64,000 nucleotides of DNA, from assembly GCA_963932905.1 (NCBI GenBank), contig CAWVRN010000003.1, positions 192,001 to 256,000 of the forward strand, in the 5' to 3' direction. The position numbers were made by a program, and so were the translations under genes. Below are positions 30,682 to 39,994 of this stretch, in pieces; position 1 is the stretch's first letter, and every line of letters begins with the position of its first letter. The notes under the pieces were generated by a model. That model was not told the origin of the DNA. It saw nothing but the letters and a program-made list of their open reading frames with translations, and ran no database searches. Origin of the DNA: an uncultured Bdellovibrio sp. (lineage in GTDB: Bacteria > Bdellovibrionota > Bdellovibrionia > Bdellovibrionales > Bdellovibrionaceae).

Positions 30682-31907
30682 AATACAACCTCGCTGAATT
30701 TATTATCCATAATGAGAATTCGTCCGTATGTTTCCAAAGCTTCCAGCTCCGAAGCATTTCTTCGTTCTTCAAGATCAAACAACTGTCGATGCGCTTCAAT
30801 CACCAAAGGACTAGAAACTAACCCTTTGAAAAATTGACGTTCAACCTTCTCATGTCTTTCTTCAAGCGCCTTCACACTTAAGGAATTTTTTAGGCTCGCG
30901 ATCATTTTATTGTATCTATTCACAAGCTCACTTCGAGACGCTGACAATTTTTTACGAGATTGGTCAGCAACTAATTCAGCCTCGATAAGTTTTTGAGAAC
31001 GATACTGACGATTACCGCTGTTTGTTGTTAGAACTGGAATCGGTAAAGAAAGTCCGACGCCAACAAAGGTTGTTGTTTCGCCGTTGTCCTTTGTGAGCTT
31101 CATAGATGGGCCAAGTTTCAAATCAGGCCAAGCTTCACTTTCTGCTCTATCTTTCTGGCTTCTGGCAAGTTTAAGATCAGCAACTGCTTGTCTCATTTGC
31201 GGAGAAGCTTCAATATCACCTTCAACAGAAACTTCAGCCCACTTTTCTTTTCTAGAAGGAAGACTTTTCAAGATTGCTTCCTTCGAAATTCCAGTTACGG
31301 CTGATAATCCCTGAACTAACTTTTCTTGATCCGCTTGGAGCTGAGTTAGCTTTAACTGGTGATCAGAAAGCGCCATTTTAAACACCGTTAGCGACACATC
31401 CTGTTCGGGTGATAATGCCGGTCGTTTTTGAAACTGATCAACGATTTTGGTAAAGGTGTTAACAGACTCATTGCCTAGAGCAATTTCTGTTTTTAGATGG
31501 GAGAGGCGATACAGTGAAAGCATAATTTCTAGTCGAGTTTGATTCACTGAGAGATCACGAGAAGCTTGCGCTCTTTGAATCTCGCTCCTCGCTTCACTCA
31601 CTAACGCATCTTTCTTTCCACCTAATCTCAAAGTAAAGAGTAATGCGGCAGAGGTCTCAGTTTTGTCAGAACCCTTCCAAACACTATCTACATCTAAATC
31701 AGGATTGACCCATTGTTGGGCAGCGTCCTCTAGTTTTGATGCACTCTGTACCTGCTGCTCAGAAATTCTAATGTCCGAAGAGCTTTTCTCAGCGCATTTT
31801 ACAAAATCGGCATAGGAATTAGGCTGGCAATTTGATGCCGCCTCAGCCGAGAACACCGGTTGGAACGCAATAGATAGCGCTACGACAGTGCGAATAACAT
31901 TGTTCAT
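30678..31907 (-). CDS. TolC/CzcC outer-membrane efflux protein
   Basis: Signal peptide; two repeats with NP.L and WPDL; first gene of the RND block. Confidence 0.85.
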   Translation of the reverse strand: MNNVIRTVVALSIAFQPVFSAEAASNCQPNSYADFVKCAEKSSSDIRISEQQVQSASKLEDAAQQWVNPDLDVDSVWKGSDKTETSAALLFTLRLGGKKDALVSEARSEIQRAQASRDLSVNQTRLEIMLSLYRLSHLKTEIALGNESVNTFTKIVDQFQKRPALSPEQDVSLTVFKMALSDHQLKLTQLQADQEKLVQGLSAVTGISKEAILKSLPSRKEKWAEVSVEGDIEASPQMRQAVADLKLARSQKDRAESEAWPDLKLGPSMKLTKDNGETTTFVGVGLSLPIPVLTTNSGNRQYRSQKLIEAELVADQSRKKLSASRSELVNRYNKMIASLKNSLSVKALEERHEKVERQFFKGLVSSPLVIEAHRQLFDLEERRNASELEALETYGRILIMDNKFSEVVL

Positions 31908-32023
31908 TGGAATACTCCAAAAGTAAAAAGTTGTTTGTTTCGAAATCCAAAACGAAAAGCAGTAGCTAATCGATAGACTATCGAATCGTTAAAGTTGTCT
32001 TGAGATTGGAGCCTTATAGACTC

Positions 32024-32365
32024 TTAAGATATTGGAGGACGGAAAGGGCTTGATTTAAAATCTGAAAGATTAAAGTCACCTTTTACTGGTACGAAACCAG
32101 ATAATTCATGAGTCGAAAACAAAAGTAAATTAGCGGAAATAGTAAAAGAGCAGTGCCCTAGATGACAATTATGACATGCTCTGTGTTCGTGAGATGCTTC
32201 AGAATGATTCTCATCCTGGCAAGGAACAGCTGCTTTTAAAACAGACACTTTGTCTTCACTTGAAATAGAATTACGAGGGTGAGAGTCATCGCAAGAACCG
32301 TTCACAGGTTTTGAAACGCTAACCATAGTAATTAAGATGAATAGAAAAGCCAAAAATGTTTTCAA
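32024..32365 (-). CDS. CzcI-like exported His/Cys-rich protein
   Basis: Signal peptide, CHNCHLGHC, C-terminal RPP; upstream of the czcC-like gene. Confidence 0.7.
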   Translation of the reverse strand: MKTFLAFLFILITMVSVSKPVNGSCDDSHPRNSISSEDKVSVLKAAVPCQDENHSEASHEHRACHNCHLGHCSFTISANLLLFSTHELSGFVPVKGDFNLSDFKSSPFRPPIS

Positions 32366-32539
32366 AAACGTCCTTTATTTACTTAAACTTACCTCGACCT
32401 ATTTTATTTGTCAAAGCCGGGATCTGATATTTCAATCTTATAATCGGTAAGTTGACTTTGAGACTTAACCTCAAGAAAACATAAAGGATTTTGATTCAGA
32501 TTGAGACAATTGACCTTATTTGAAATAAATTAAATGTTT

Positions 32540-33316
32540 TTAGGAGTTCGGTCGCCAGACTTTTATTTCAGCCAGTTCTTCTTCTGTGGGAGTATCTTTC
32601 TGCCATTTGGATTTCAGGAATCTGTCCGTCTCAACTTTCCAAGGTAGCTCAACTCTATTTTCGAGTAAAAATTTATACCTTTCAACTCCCGACATTTTCT
32701 TGTTCTTCAGCCAATCTTCATATGCTGACTCTCGAATGATAAAAATGCTTCTGTCATGTCCAGCATTAAAAAATGCTTCGTAAGGGTCATCTGTAATTAA
32801 TGTGAATGTTTCCTTTACTTCCCCAGTTGTTCTATTCATCCAGTCTTCCCAGAGTCCCGCGACATAGTATGTTTCTTTGTTTTCAAGGCAGAATTGAACC
32901 ATTTGGCCGCCATGAGTACCGAAATAACATGATTCAATCGCTGACGTTAATGGAACTAAACAAGTGTGCCCTTTATTGAATGAGTTTCTCCATGTAGGTA
33001 CTTCATAAATATATTCAATAATTTTATTTCCGTTTTTGTCCAAGACCAACTCACCCATCCTGTTTCGCTTATAACGCCGCATACGAGCATTGTAAGTGGT
33101 GGGCTTAAACGGAAATTTGCTGGCCCACTCTGGACATATGGAAAAAATTAGCTCCCTTATTTGGGTTTTTCCATTTTTGTGAACTACAACTGGAGCCGTC
33201 TCTGTCTTTGGATATCCTCTTATCCTGAAATCAAATTCTTGCTGGACATACTTTTCGACGTCGAATTTTTTTGCGATATCTTTTGCTTTAGCGACTAGAA
33301 TATATGACTCACACAT
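32540..33316 (-). CDS. SRAP (YedK/HMCES) abasic-site processing protein
   Basis: Cys2 (MCESY), TYNAR, AGLWEDW, TFTLIT, HDR. Confidence 0.85.
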   Translation of the reverse strand: MCESYILVAKAKDIAKKFDVEKYVQQEFDFRIRGYPKTETAPVVVHKNGKTQIRELIFSICPEWASKFPFKPTTYNARMRRYKRNRMGELVLDKNGNKIIEYIYEVPTWRNSFNKGHTCLVPLTSAIESCYFGTHGGQMVQFCLENKETYYVAGLWEDWMNRTTGEVKETFTLITDDPYEAFFNAGHDRSIFIIRESAYEDWLKNKKMSGVERYKFLLENRVELPWKVETDRFLKSKWQKDTPTEEELAEIKVWRPNS

Positions 33317-33466
33317 TTTGACCTTCTATTTATGGTCGATTGATTCCAATCTAACATCAACCTGCAAATAATCTTTTCCCTGTCTATAAGTCTAATTCAA
33401 CGACATCTTTAGTCATTTAACAGGAAAGCCGTTGATTTGCACTTACATATAATTTACATATTAATC

Positions 33467-33802
33467 ATGGAACCGAAAGAGTGGCAACATTTGCTGGATT
33501 TTTTTAAGCACGTTCAAGCCAAAATTTATCGTGTAAAGTTCCATGGGACGATAACGATGGCTGACCGTAGGCGATACCAACCTTTGCTTAACAGCATTGA
33601 TATATTGGTTAAAGTGGCCTCCGGTGAAATTGAACAAAGCTATCGAAATTTTAAATATTGTAGAAATGCTTGGCTAAGAGTCGTTGACCTCCTTAAAAGA
33701 GATCGGGATTTTTTTGACGAGTATAAAAAAGACAAAGAGCTAAAATTGATTTTAAGGAAATTTTTAGAAAGGGGAACAAATGATCACCACAAAGTATATT
33801 AG
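33467..33802 (+). CDS. Hypothetical protein
   Basis: First of four closely packed ORFs; ATG at 33467. Confidence 0.55.
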   Translation: MEPKEWQHLLDFFKHVQAKIYRVKFHGTITMADRRRYQPLLNSIDILVKVASGEIEQSYRNFKYCRNAWLRVVDLLKRDRDFFDEYKKDKELKLILRKFLERGTNDHHKVY

Positions 33803-34016
33803 TCCAAAATTAGGTTTTTTGAAAAGCATGCCTGCATTACTGAGCTACGTCGAAAAAATGAAGTTCGATCTAGAATCTATAATTTCAATTGAAAAGAAAG
33901 ATTTTGGATACGCATTTAATGGACTTCGTTTTTCGTATCATGTCCAAACAGATTCTCAATTCAGTTTTTTTAGATTGAACCTAGTAATAAACGAAATTCA
34001 GTGTGAGGCATCGTGA
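33780..34016 (+). CDS. Hypothetical protein
   Basis: AGGGG RBS; overlaps both neighbours. Confidence 0.5.
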   Translation: MITTKYISPKLGFLKSMPALLSYVEKMKFDLESIISIEKKDFGYAFNGLRFSYHVQTDSQFSFFRLNLVINEIQCEAS

Positions 34017-34303
34017 CTCGAAGACCTCAATATCATCCTCCTGTTCCTAAAAACCCTGTATGGAAAAAGGTTGGAAATTTCTATTACGCGGATAAAACGG
34101 AGTTTGAGAAATTGCTCAGCGAATGTGTTTTCTTAGACAGCTATATACAAAAGACTCTAGGAAACGCATACAAATATATCGGGCATGTCTTAGCTGGAAT
34201 GGGGTTAGAAGCCTCCACTGCTGTATTTGTAGAAAGCGCATTAGATTCCTCGTTGAAAAAAAACGACCATTATCCAAGAGAGCAAGTTTACAAAAACCCG
34301 TAA
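34013..34303 (+). CDS. Hypothetical protein
   Basis: GTGA overlap; GAGG RBS. Confidence 0.5.
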   Translation: MTRRPQYHPPVPKNPVWKKVGNFYYADKTEFEKLLSECVFLDSYIQKTLGNAYKYIGHVLAGMGLEASTAVFVESALDSSLKKNDHYPREQVYKNP

Positions 34304-34312
34304 ATACCGTTT

Positions 34313-34528
34313 ATGAGCCCCGTCGAAACATTTATTTCTGAAAAGACGAAATTAGCCAACATCTTAAAAAGGTGGTGGCAGTATGAAGATGAAGAAATCG
34401 ACTTCGACCTCGTCTTAGGAAAACTGAGGTTGTTAGTTAATCAATGCCCTGACGAGTTTGCAGAACAGTTTCAACTTGAGCTGATCGAAATAGAAAATGA
34501 CCTGAGAGAATACGGACTAATCGAATAA
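34313..34528 (+). CDS. Small acidic hypothetical protein
   Basis: ORF 9 bp after the previous stop. Confidence 0.5.
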   Translation: MSPVETFISEKTKLANILKRWWQYEDEEIDFDLVLGKLRLLVNQCPDEFAEQFQLELIEIENDLREYGLIE

Positions 34529-34550
34529 AGTCCGTACTTCGTAATAAACT

Positions 34551-34961
34551 CTAATAGAGATAAATTATTACCATAAAGTTATTTTTACACCAATGAGCCC
34601 AATCACCCTCTTTAACAACTCCATGTCCAGATCGGCAAGGACCTAAATCTTTTGGGCGCGGCCAAACATCCTCAACTAGATATCGACCTCGATCAAAAAT
34701 CATTCTTCCACTTTTATCGAAAACTGCAAACCGTTCAGAGGAAGTAATGTCATACAAAAATCCATAAGAAAGCTTGTCCTTGTTTGGGAGTTTTTCTATC
34801 TCGCCTTCAGACAACGCAACCACGCCAGCGTAACCACCTTCCATGCCGCTGTCATGGAAAGTGTTCAAAGTGCCTCTCAGAAACGACCTCTGTTCTTGAT
34901 TATTAAAATCATTCAGATGAATCGGCTTTTTAGAAAAAACATTTTTAATAAATTCAAACAT
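34551..34961 (-). CDS. Hypothetical protein
   Basis: AGGAGG RBS. Confidence 0.6.
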   Translation of the reverse strand: MFEFIKNVFSKKPIHLNDFNNQEQRSFLRGTLNTFHDSGMEGGYAGVVALSEGEIEKLPNKDKLSYGFLYDITSSERFAVFDKSGRMIFDRGRYLVEDVWPRPKDLGPCRSGHGVVKEGDWAHWCKNNFMVIIYLY

Positions 34962-34976
34962 CAATTCCTCCTATAT

Positions 34977-35156
34977 CTATTGTGAACTTCCCACTAGCTG
35001 CTGATTCACTTTCCTCATACTCTCTAACCCCTTCCGTGTGCTATCTAAAGCTCTGCCTTGAAGATCTGTAAGAACTGATACAAGAAAGCCAGAAATAATG
35101 AGAATCCGAATCGCACCAAATAAAATAGTAAATGATCTAAAAACTATACTCTCCAA
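34977..35156 (-). CDS. 59-aa single-TM protein (not in the ORF track)
   Basis: AGGAGGG RBS, TTG start, MESIVFRSFTILFGAIRILIISGFLVSVLTDLQGRALDSTRKGLESMRKVNQQLVGSSQ. Confidence 0.6.
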   Translation of the reverse strand: MESIVFRSFTILFGAIRILIISGFLVSVLTDLQGRALDSTRKGLESMRKVNQQLVGSSQ

Positions 35157-35211
35157 AATTCCCTCCTGATAGGAAAGGAAAGCTTCCTTTCAAACTGTAG
35201 TCCAATCTAGA

Positions 35212-36858
35212 TTAGCCAAATGCAATAGGTTCGGTCGTTGGTCTTAGTAGTTGACGCAAGCCAGTTGGATTTTTTCCTATAATGCTTTTAATTGAACTTG
35301 AAACCTTAATCGAGTCTTTACTGCTTGAAGTCGCTAAATGGATTGAGTCAAATCCCAAATCTGAAATCCTCTCTGCATACACTTCACCTTTAAATTCAGC
35401 GCCAAGATTAGAGTCGATAAAAATTGGCGTACAATTCCCAATAGATTTCGATTCTTCGAAAAACGATTGTACATTAGAGTAAGTTTTTATTTTAAATCCA
35501 TTTTTAGAACTCCAAATTTCCCATGTTGTCCTATGAATTTCTTCGTCATCGATTAATACAAGATCCAGAGAATTTAAGTCTATTATTTCTCGAGTCTTAG
35601 AATCTAGAATTTCCGATACAGGAAATTGGATTGTAACCTGGGTTCCTTTTCCTAATTCTGAGGATAAAGAAAAACTACCGCCAATCTCCTTCAAGGTTTT
35701 AATTGCCGAAAAAACTCCGCGTCCAGTCCCGGTACCATTGTTTCTATGCGAGAATCCTTTGGTTCCTACTTTTCTGATAACATCATTTGATATTCCAACG
35801 CCAGTATCCGAAATTACAATTTTAACTTCGCCTGCGTTGCAACTCAGTTCGACTTCTATCTCTTTTTCTTTCAGGCAAGCATGAATTGAGTTATCGATAA
35901 CGTTGGATAAAATTCTCGCAAGCGAAGCACTGCTTAACTTCGTCTCGACATTGAAGTTAGGAGGTCCAATGTACTTAATATTCCCTCCCACAAATAGTGG
36001 GGACTTTTCAGTGATGATATCGTTAACAGCAGTTCCAAGATTAAAACTCCTGACGTCACTCAAATTATCAATCCTCATTTCTGCCTGAAGAAGAAAATTT
36101 GCAACTGATTTGGCACGGCTTACTGCCTGGTCTAAAGCCTTTTTCAATTGATTTTGAGGTAGATCCATCAATTCCACTAAAGCGCTGATAGCCGCAATCG
36201 GACTTCGAATATCATGTGCGACTTGTTGATTATTCTCTCGAATAGCTAGCATAACCGCTTTTTCAGCCTCTATGTCTTTAGAAGTCTTAATTTTGAGTCG
36301 CAATTCATTTAGTTCGTTTATTTCTAGTGATTTATCGCCTAAAAGATTATTTATCAAAGGATCGAAAATGTCTTTTGCAATTCTCTCTTTCGTAGATTGA
36401 ATAAAATAAATTCCGACAAGAACAAGAATCAGCGACCACCCCAAACTTCTGAAGATTGACCAAAAGTCGTCTAAGTAACTAAACCTTGCGCGAATAACCT
36501 GAGTTCCGGACCCAGTAATTTTCACTTCTACAATTCGCTCAAATAGCTTGCGCGATTCTGTACATGAATTTAATGACCTGTTGGCCCCAATAACTTGCGT
36601 TTCTCCAGAACAAACTTCAGCCCCAGTAGCTCCTGCTTGAGTTAAAACCATTCCCAAAATACTCTCCGCTAACACGCGGTTATTCTGATTAAAAGCGAGA
36701 CTCAAGAGATCAGCAGTTTGCTTAACGTATGTATCGTTTTTTACCTGTATCGCATAGAAAGATCGTACAGAAAAAAAGACCCAAACAGAGATCATAAAAA
36801 GAGCCACGATCATTTGTGGTCTAGTGTGGTACTTTTTTAACCATTCTTTTAATGTCAT
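35212..36858 (-). CDS. Membrane sensor histidine kinase with C-terminal receiver-like domain
   Basis: Two TMs with periplasmic loop; AHDIRSP H-box, N box, DTGVG, GTGRG; LIDD..FIDSNL. Confidence 0.92.
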   Translation of the reverse strand: MTLKEWLKKYHTRPQMIVALFMISVWVFFSVRSFYAIQVKNDTYVKQTADLLSLAFNQNNRVLAESILGMVLTQAGATGAEVCSGETQVIGANRSLNSCTESRKLFERIVEVKITGSGTQVIRARFSYLDDFWSIFRSLGWSLILVLVGIYFIQSTKERIAKDIFDPLINNLLGDKSLEINELNELRLKIKTSKDIEAEKAVMLAIRENNQQVAHDIRSPIAAISALVELMDLPQNQLKKALDQAVSRAKSVANFLLQAEMRIDNLSDVRSFNLGTAVNDIITEKSPLFVGGNIKYIGPPNFNVETKLSSASLARILSNVIDNSIHACLKEKEIEVELSCNAGEVKIVISDTGVGISNDVIRKVGTKGFSHRNNGTGTGRGVFSAIKTLKEIGGSFSLSSELGKGTQVTIQFPVSEILDSKTREIIDLNSLDLVLIDDEEIHRTTWEIWSSKNGFKIKTYSNVQSFFEESKSIGNCTPIFIDSNLGAEFKGEVYAERISDLGFDSIHLATSSSKDSIKVSSSIKSIIGKNPTGLRQLLRPTTEPIAFG

Positions 36859-38378
36859 TATTTCACCTTATAAATATATAGATGACCTTCACTACGTCTT
36901 AGAATTTTTTCGCTGATGGAGACCTTGTCATTTCTGTAAACAGCGACCGACTTTACAAAACCCAGGTGGACGATTGGTACTTCATCGAGAATTACTTTAC
37001 TTACTTTCTTATAGAAAGGGTCGATTTCATCACGCTTAACGATTTTTCGCCCCTCTTCAAGAATATCTCCAACCTTTTTATTCTTTAGCATTGGACTCGC
37101 GATGGCACCTTGTGGGCCAAGCAAATGATATATTCCATCCGGGTCGCCAGAGGCCACTCCGAAAGCTCCTGGAATAATGTCGGCTTCTTGGCCATCGTAA
37201 ATCGCTTTAATTAAATCGCTTTTCGATACAATTCTGGATTTATCCGAAATGGTAAGTCCTACTGATTCAAGAAAATGTCGTATTGAGACTTCTTGAACTT
37301 CCAAAAGTACGATTGGATTTAGTTTTGAAGCATCCCTTAATTCATCAACAAACTTTTTACCCTGTTCAACTCGACTTAGAACTTCTGACTCATCTATTCT
37401 CCCCGCCTGGTAAGGTAGGTACACTTGAGGATCTTGATTAGAAAAGTTTGGGTTACCGAGCAACGAATGATCTTTTTTCGCAAATTCATAAGCCAAATAC
37501 TGCAACGCTTGTCGGTACTCCCTTTTTTCGAAAAGTCTTCCTTTTTGCTGGTTTGGATATATTGCCTTGTGAGCCGCATCTTGTCCTACCAACACTGATA
37601 CTTTCTCGTTCGATGATACGGTTTCTGGAATGCTACTTCCCAATGCATAGGCCATGACGTCTAACTCTCCTCGGAGCAACGCTTGATAGGAATCCGCGGT
37701 ATTAATAACTCGAAGATCAATCTCGCCTTCCGGCGGTGTTTGAAATCGCATGTTTGGAACTAACCTTAAATGATCTTGACCCAACTCACTAATCTCGTAG
37801 GCTCCGGTGCCAATAAATTTCCCTTGAACCTCACGATAGGCCGAAAATCTACTTCCAGCGAGGTGTTCCAATGCCATCCGAAAGGAGCTTGAAAAGTTCA
37901 ACTCTAAGGTCTCATCATCGATAACTTTAATTCCCGAAATTGTTCCTGTTTTCTCGAATTCTGAAAATCCATCTATTTTATACAAAACATCTAACACACT
38001 ATTATTCGAAGACTTCGGATCAAGCTTTAAGGCATTTTCCCATGAGCTCTTAAAATGTTTAGCTGACAACCGAACGCCATCAGCGAAAAATCTAGAAGTA
38101 TCGATCTTAAAAGTTAGTTTTTTAAAATCTGGTGATGCCGACCACTCTTTGGAAGCTAGAGGAGCATACACGCCATTTTCATTGAAACTTACTAGAGCTT
38201 CAAATTGATTGCTTAAAGTTAAATCCCCAATAAGGGTATGCTGTAGTCCCGGACTAATACTTATCCAAGGACTGTTAAACGCGATTCTTAATGGTCGAAT
38301 TTCAGTAGTTGAGTTCATTTGAACAGCCCCAAATCCAAAAAGTGTTACTAATAATATAAGTCCTAATATTCTCTTCAT
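36858..38378 (-). CDS. Orphan family-5 (OppA/DppA-like) solute-binding protein
   Basis: Signal/anchor; PLA..W.., F.DG..L.A, IGTGAY, DEVPIV; no permease or ATPase genes nearby. Confidence 0.85.
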   Translation of the reverse strand: MKRILGLILLVTLFGFGAVQMNSTTEIRPLRIAFNSPWISISPGLQHTLIGDLTLSNQFEALVSFNENGVYAPLASKEWSASPDFKKLTFKIDTSRFFADGVRLSAKHFKSSWENALKLDPKSSNNSVLDVLYKIDGFSEFEKTGTISGIKVIDDETLELNFSSSFRMALEHLAGSRFSAYREVQGKFIGTGAYEISELGQDHLRLVPNMRFQTPPEGEIDLRVINTADSYQALLRGELDVMAYALGSSIPETVSSNEKVSVLVGQDAAHKAIYPNQQKGRLFEKREYRQALQYLAYEFAKKDHSLLGNPNFSNQDPQVYLPYQAGRIDESEVLSRVEQGKKFVDELRDASKLNPIVLLEVQEVSIRHFLESVGLTISDKSRIVSKSDLIKAIYDGQEADIIPGAFGVASGDPDGIYHLLGPQGAIASPMLKNKKVGDILEEGRKIVKRDEIDPFYKKVSKVILDEVPIVHLGFVKSVAVYRNDKVSISEKILRRSEGHLYIYKVK

Positions 38379-38380
38379 GA

Positions 38381-38725
38381 CTAACTCTGTATGATATGGC
38401 TAGCACCAGCCGTAATGATCGTTTTCTCGTCCATTTGGATATAACCGTTCTCCATCATGAATTGAATCGCCTTAGCAAAGCTTTCATCAAGGATCTCACC
38501 ATTCAATCCCGTTAGCTCAGAATACCTTTGACGAGCCGATTCTAGATCAATCTGCCTCTGTCCGGTGGGAAGTAAAAGATATCTGATTTGTCTAGCTGTT
38601 TCCCGTAGAATCCACTTTTGATTCTCGCCCTCAATCTCACTTGCTTTCCCATAAGCAGCAACTGCGACAGATGAAATTGGCATGTAGCTCAATATCAAAA
38701 GCATAATCTTTAAAATTTTCTTCAT
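38381..38725 (-). CDS. Secreted 114-aa protein, candidate precursor/substrate of the radical SAM enzyme
   Basis: Sec-type signal MKKILKIMLLILSYMPISSVAVA; ATGA overlap with the rSAM stop. Confidence 0.7.
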   Translation of the reverse strand: MKKILKIMLLILSYMPISSVAVAAYGKASEIEGENQKWILRETARQIRYLLLPTGQRQIDLESARQRYSELTGLNGEILDESFAKAIQFMMENGYIQMDEKTIITAGASHIIQS

Positions 38726-39792
38726 AAAACCCCCGTCTTATTTAATTCAAAATTTTCTTTCCAGCACCCTGGGTCAGGACCCAAAAAATTTCCAGTAGCA
38801 GCATACGCCGCATTCCTATCGCCCCCACATACTTCATAATGAGGACACTTTCCGCAAACTTCTACATTGCCTGCCCTTAGTTCTTTATAAATTGAATTGT
38901 TCAAATAAACTGATTCAAGCCCGTCTCTCAATGAGTGCCCTAATTTAATTTTAGATCGGCTGCTTGCGATTATATAGCCCTGATAGTCCACAACTATTAG
39001 TTCCCAATATCGACCGCTCCGTCCTAATCCAGGAATTAGCAGCTCAAATAGTGGACTCTGCGTAGCGCTCCTTACTTGGTACTTTGTAATAAAATGAATG
39101 ATATTTCGATAGGCCGCTTTTAGTTCAGCGCCTTCTAACGGACGATCTTCAGAAGCGTCCAGCAAACGTCTACCATATCCTTCTGGAACAAAACGAACGA
39201 AATTTACGGATTTAAACTTGAATTCCTTTGCAAGTTTAAAAAAGTCTTCCATCCACCCACTAGTGCGATAAGAAAGCACTGACAACACATTTACATTCAT
39301 ATTAAGTGCGAGGAGGTTATTAATACCATCAAGAGCCTTATCAAAATTTCCTTCTCCCCGAATGCGATCATGTCGTTTAGAGTCTGGACCATCTAGGCTC
39401 ACCTGAAATTCGATATCTCCCAATGATTTCAGCTTTCTTGCTAATTCTTTGGTAACAAGTGTTCCGTTTGTAAGGATACAAATCTTTGCTCCAGGAATAT
39501 TCTCTCGAATGTATTCTAATATTGGAAATAAGTGGGGGCTTACCATAGGTTCACCCCCGCAAAGTACAATCCAAGGCCGATAGTACATTTTGCGAATGAG
39601 TGCCTTGTACTGACGCAATATTTCTTTCCACTCATTCAAAGATAAAGCACCTTCATTTTTATGGTCAGGATGGTAACAATGCACACAACGTAAGTTACAT
39701 GAATTGGTAATGTCTAACTGAATAGGAAGATACCTATCGACATTGATGGTTTTTAGCAAAAAGGCCTCAAGAATGTTATTTAGAAACTTCAT
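38722..39792 (-). CDS. Radical SAM enzyme with SPASM-like C-terminus
   Basis: CNLRCVHC, GGEP, TNG, VSLDG..HDRIRG, CGKC.....CGGDR...DPGCW. Confidence 0.93.
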   Translation of the reverse strand: MKFLNNILEAFLLKTINVDRYLPIQLDITNSCNLRCVHCYHPDHKNEGALSLNEWKEILRQYKALIRKMYYRPWIVLCGGEPMVSPHLFPILEYIRENIPGAKICILTNGTLVTKELARKLKSLGDIEFQVSLDGPDSKRHDRIRGEGNFDKALDGINNLLALNMNVNVLSVLSYRTSGWMEDFFKLAKEFKFKSVNFVRFVPEGYGRRLLDASEDRPLEGAELKAAYRNIIHFITKYQVRSATQSPLFELLIPGLGRSGRYWELIVVDYQGYIIASSRSKIKLGHSLRDGLESVYLNNSIYKELRAGNVEVCGKCPHYEVCGGDRNAAYAATGNFLGPDPGCWKENFELNKTGVL

Positions 39793-39994
39793 TCCCGCTC
39801 ACCTTTTGCTGTATTGATTCTAATTCCTTAGCAATCATTTCGATCTTAGCAATGGCCTGTTTGTGAATCTTTGAAGACAGTTCTTGCTCATCAGATTCGC
39901 TAAGCTCTCTAGAATATTCTAGAGGTCCAACGAGTCCGAGGATATCATGCTTTAAACTCTCGATATCGATAGATTTACCCTCTAAATATTTCAT
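39776..39994 (-). CDS. 72-aa helical hypothetical protein
   Basis: GGAGG RBS; ATGA overlap upstream and 17-nt overlap downstream. Confidence 0.65.
   Translation of the reverse strand: MKYLEGKSIDIESLKHDILGLVGPLEYSRELSESDEQELSSKIHKQAIAKIEMIAKELESIQQKVSGNEVSK

Noticed and set aside
36858..38378. Peptide ABC importer
   Set aside because: No permease or ATPase genes in the element; the gene is coupled to a kinase
38722..39792. PqqE, NirJ/Ahb or anaerobic sulfatase maturase
   Set aside because: No pqq, heme-biosynthesis or sulfatase genes nearby; cannot be fully excluded without a search
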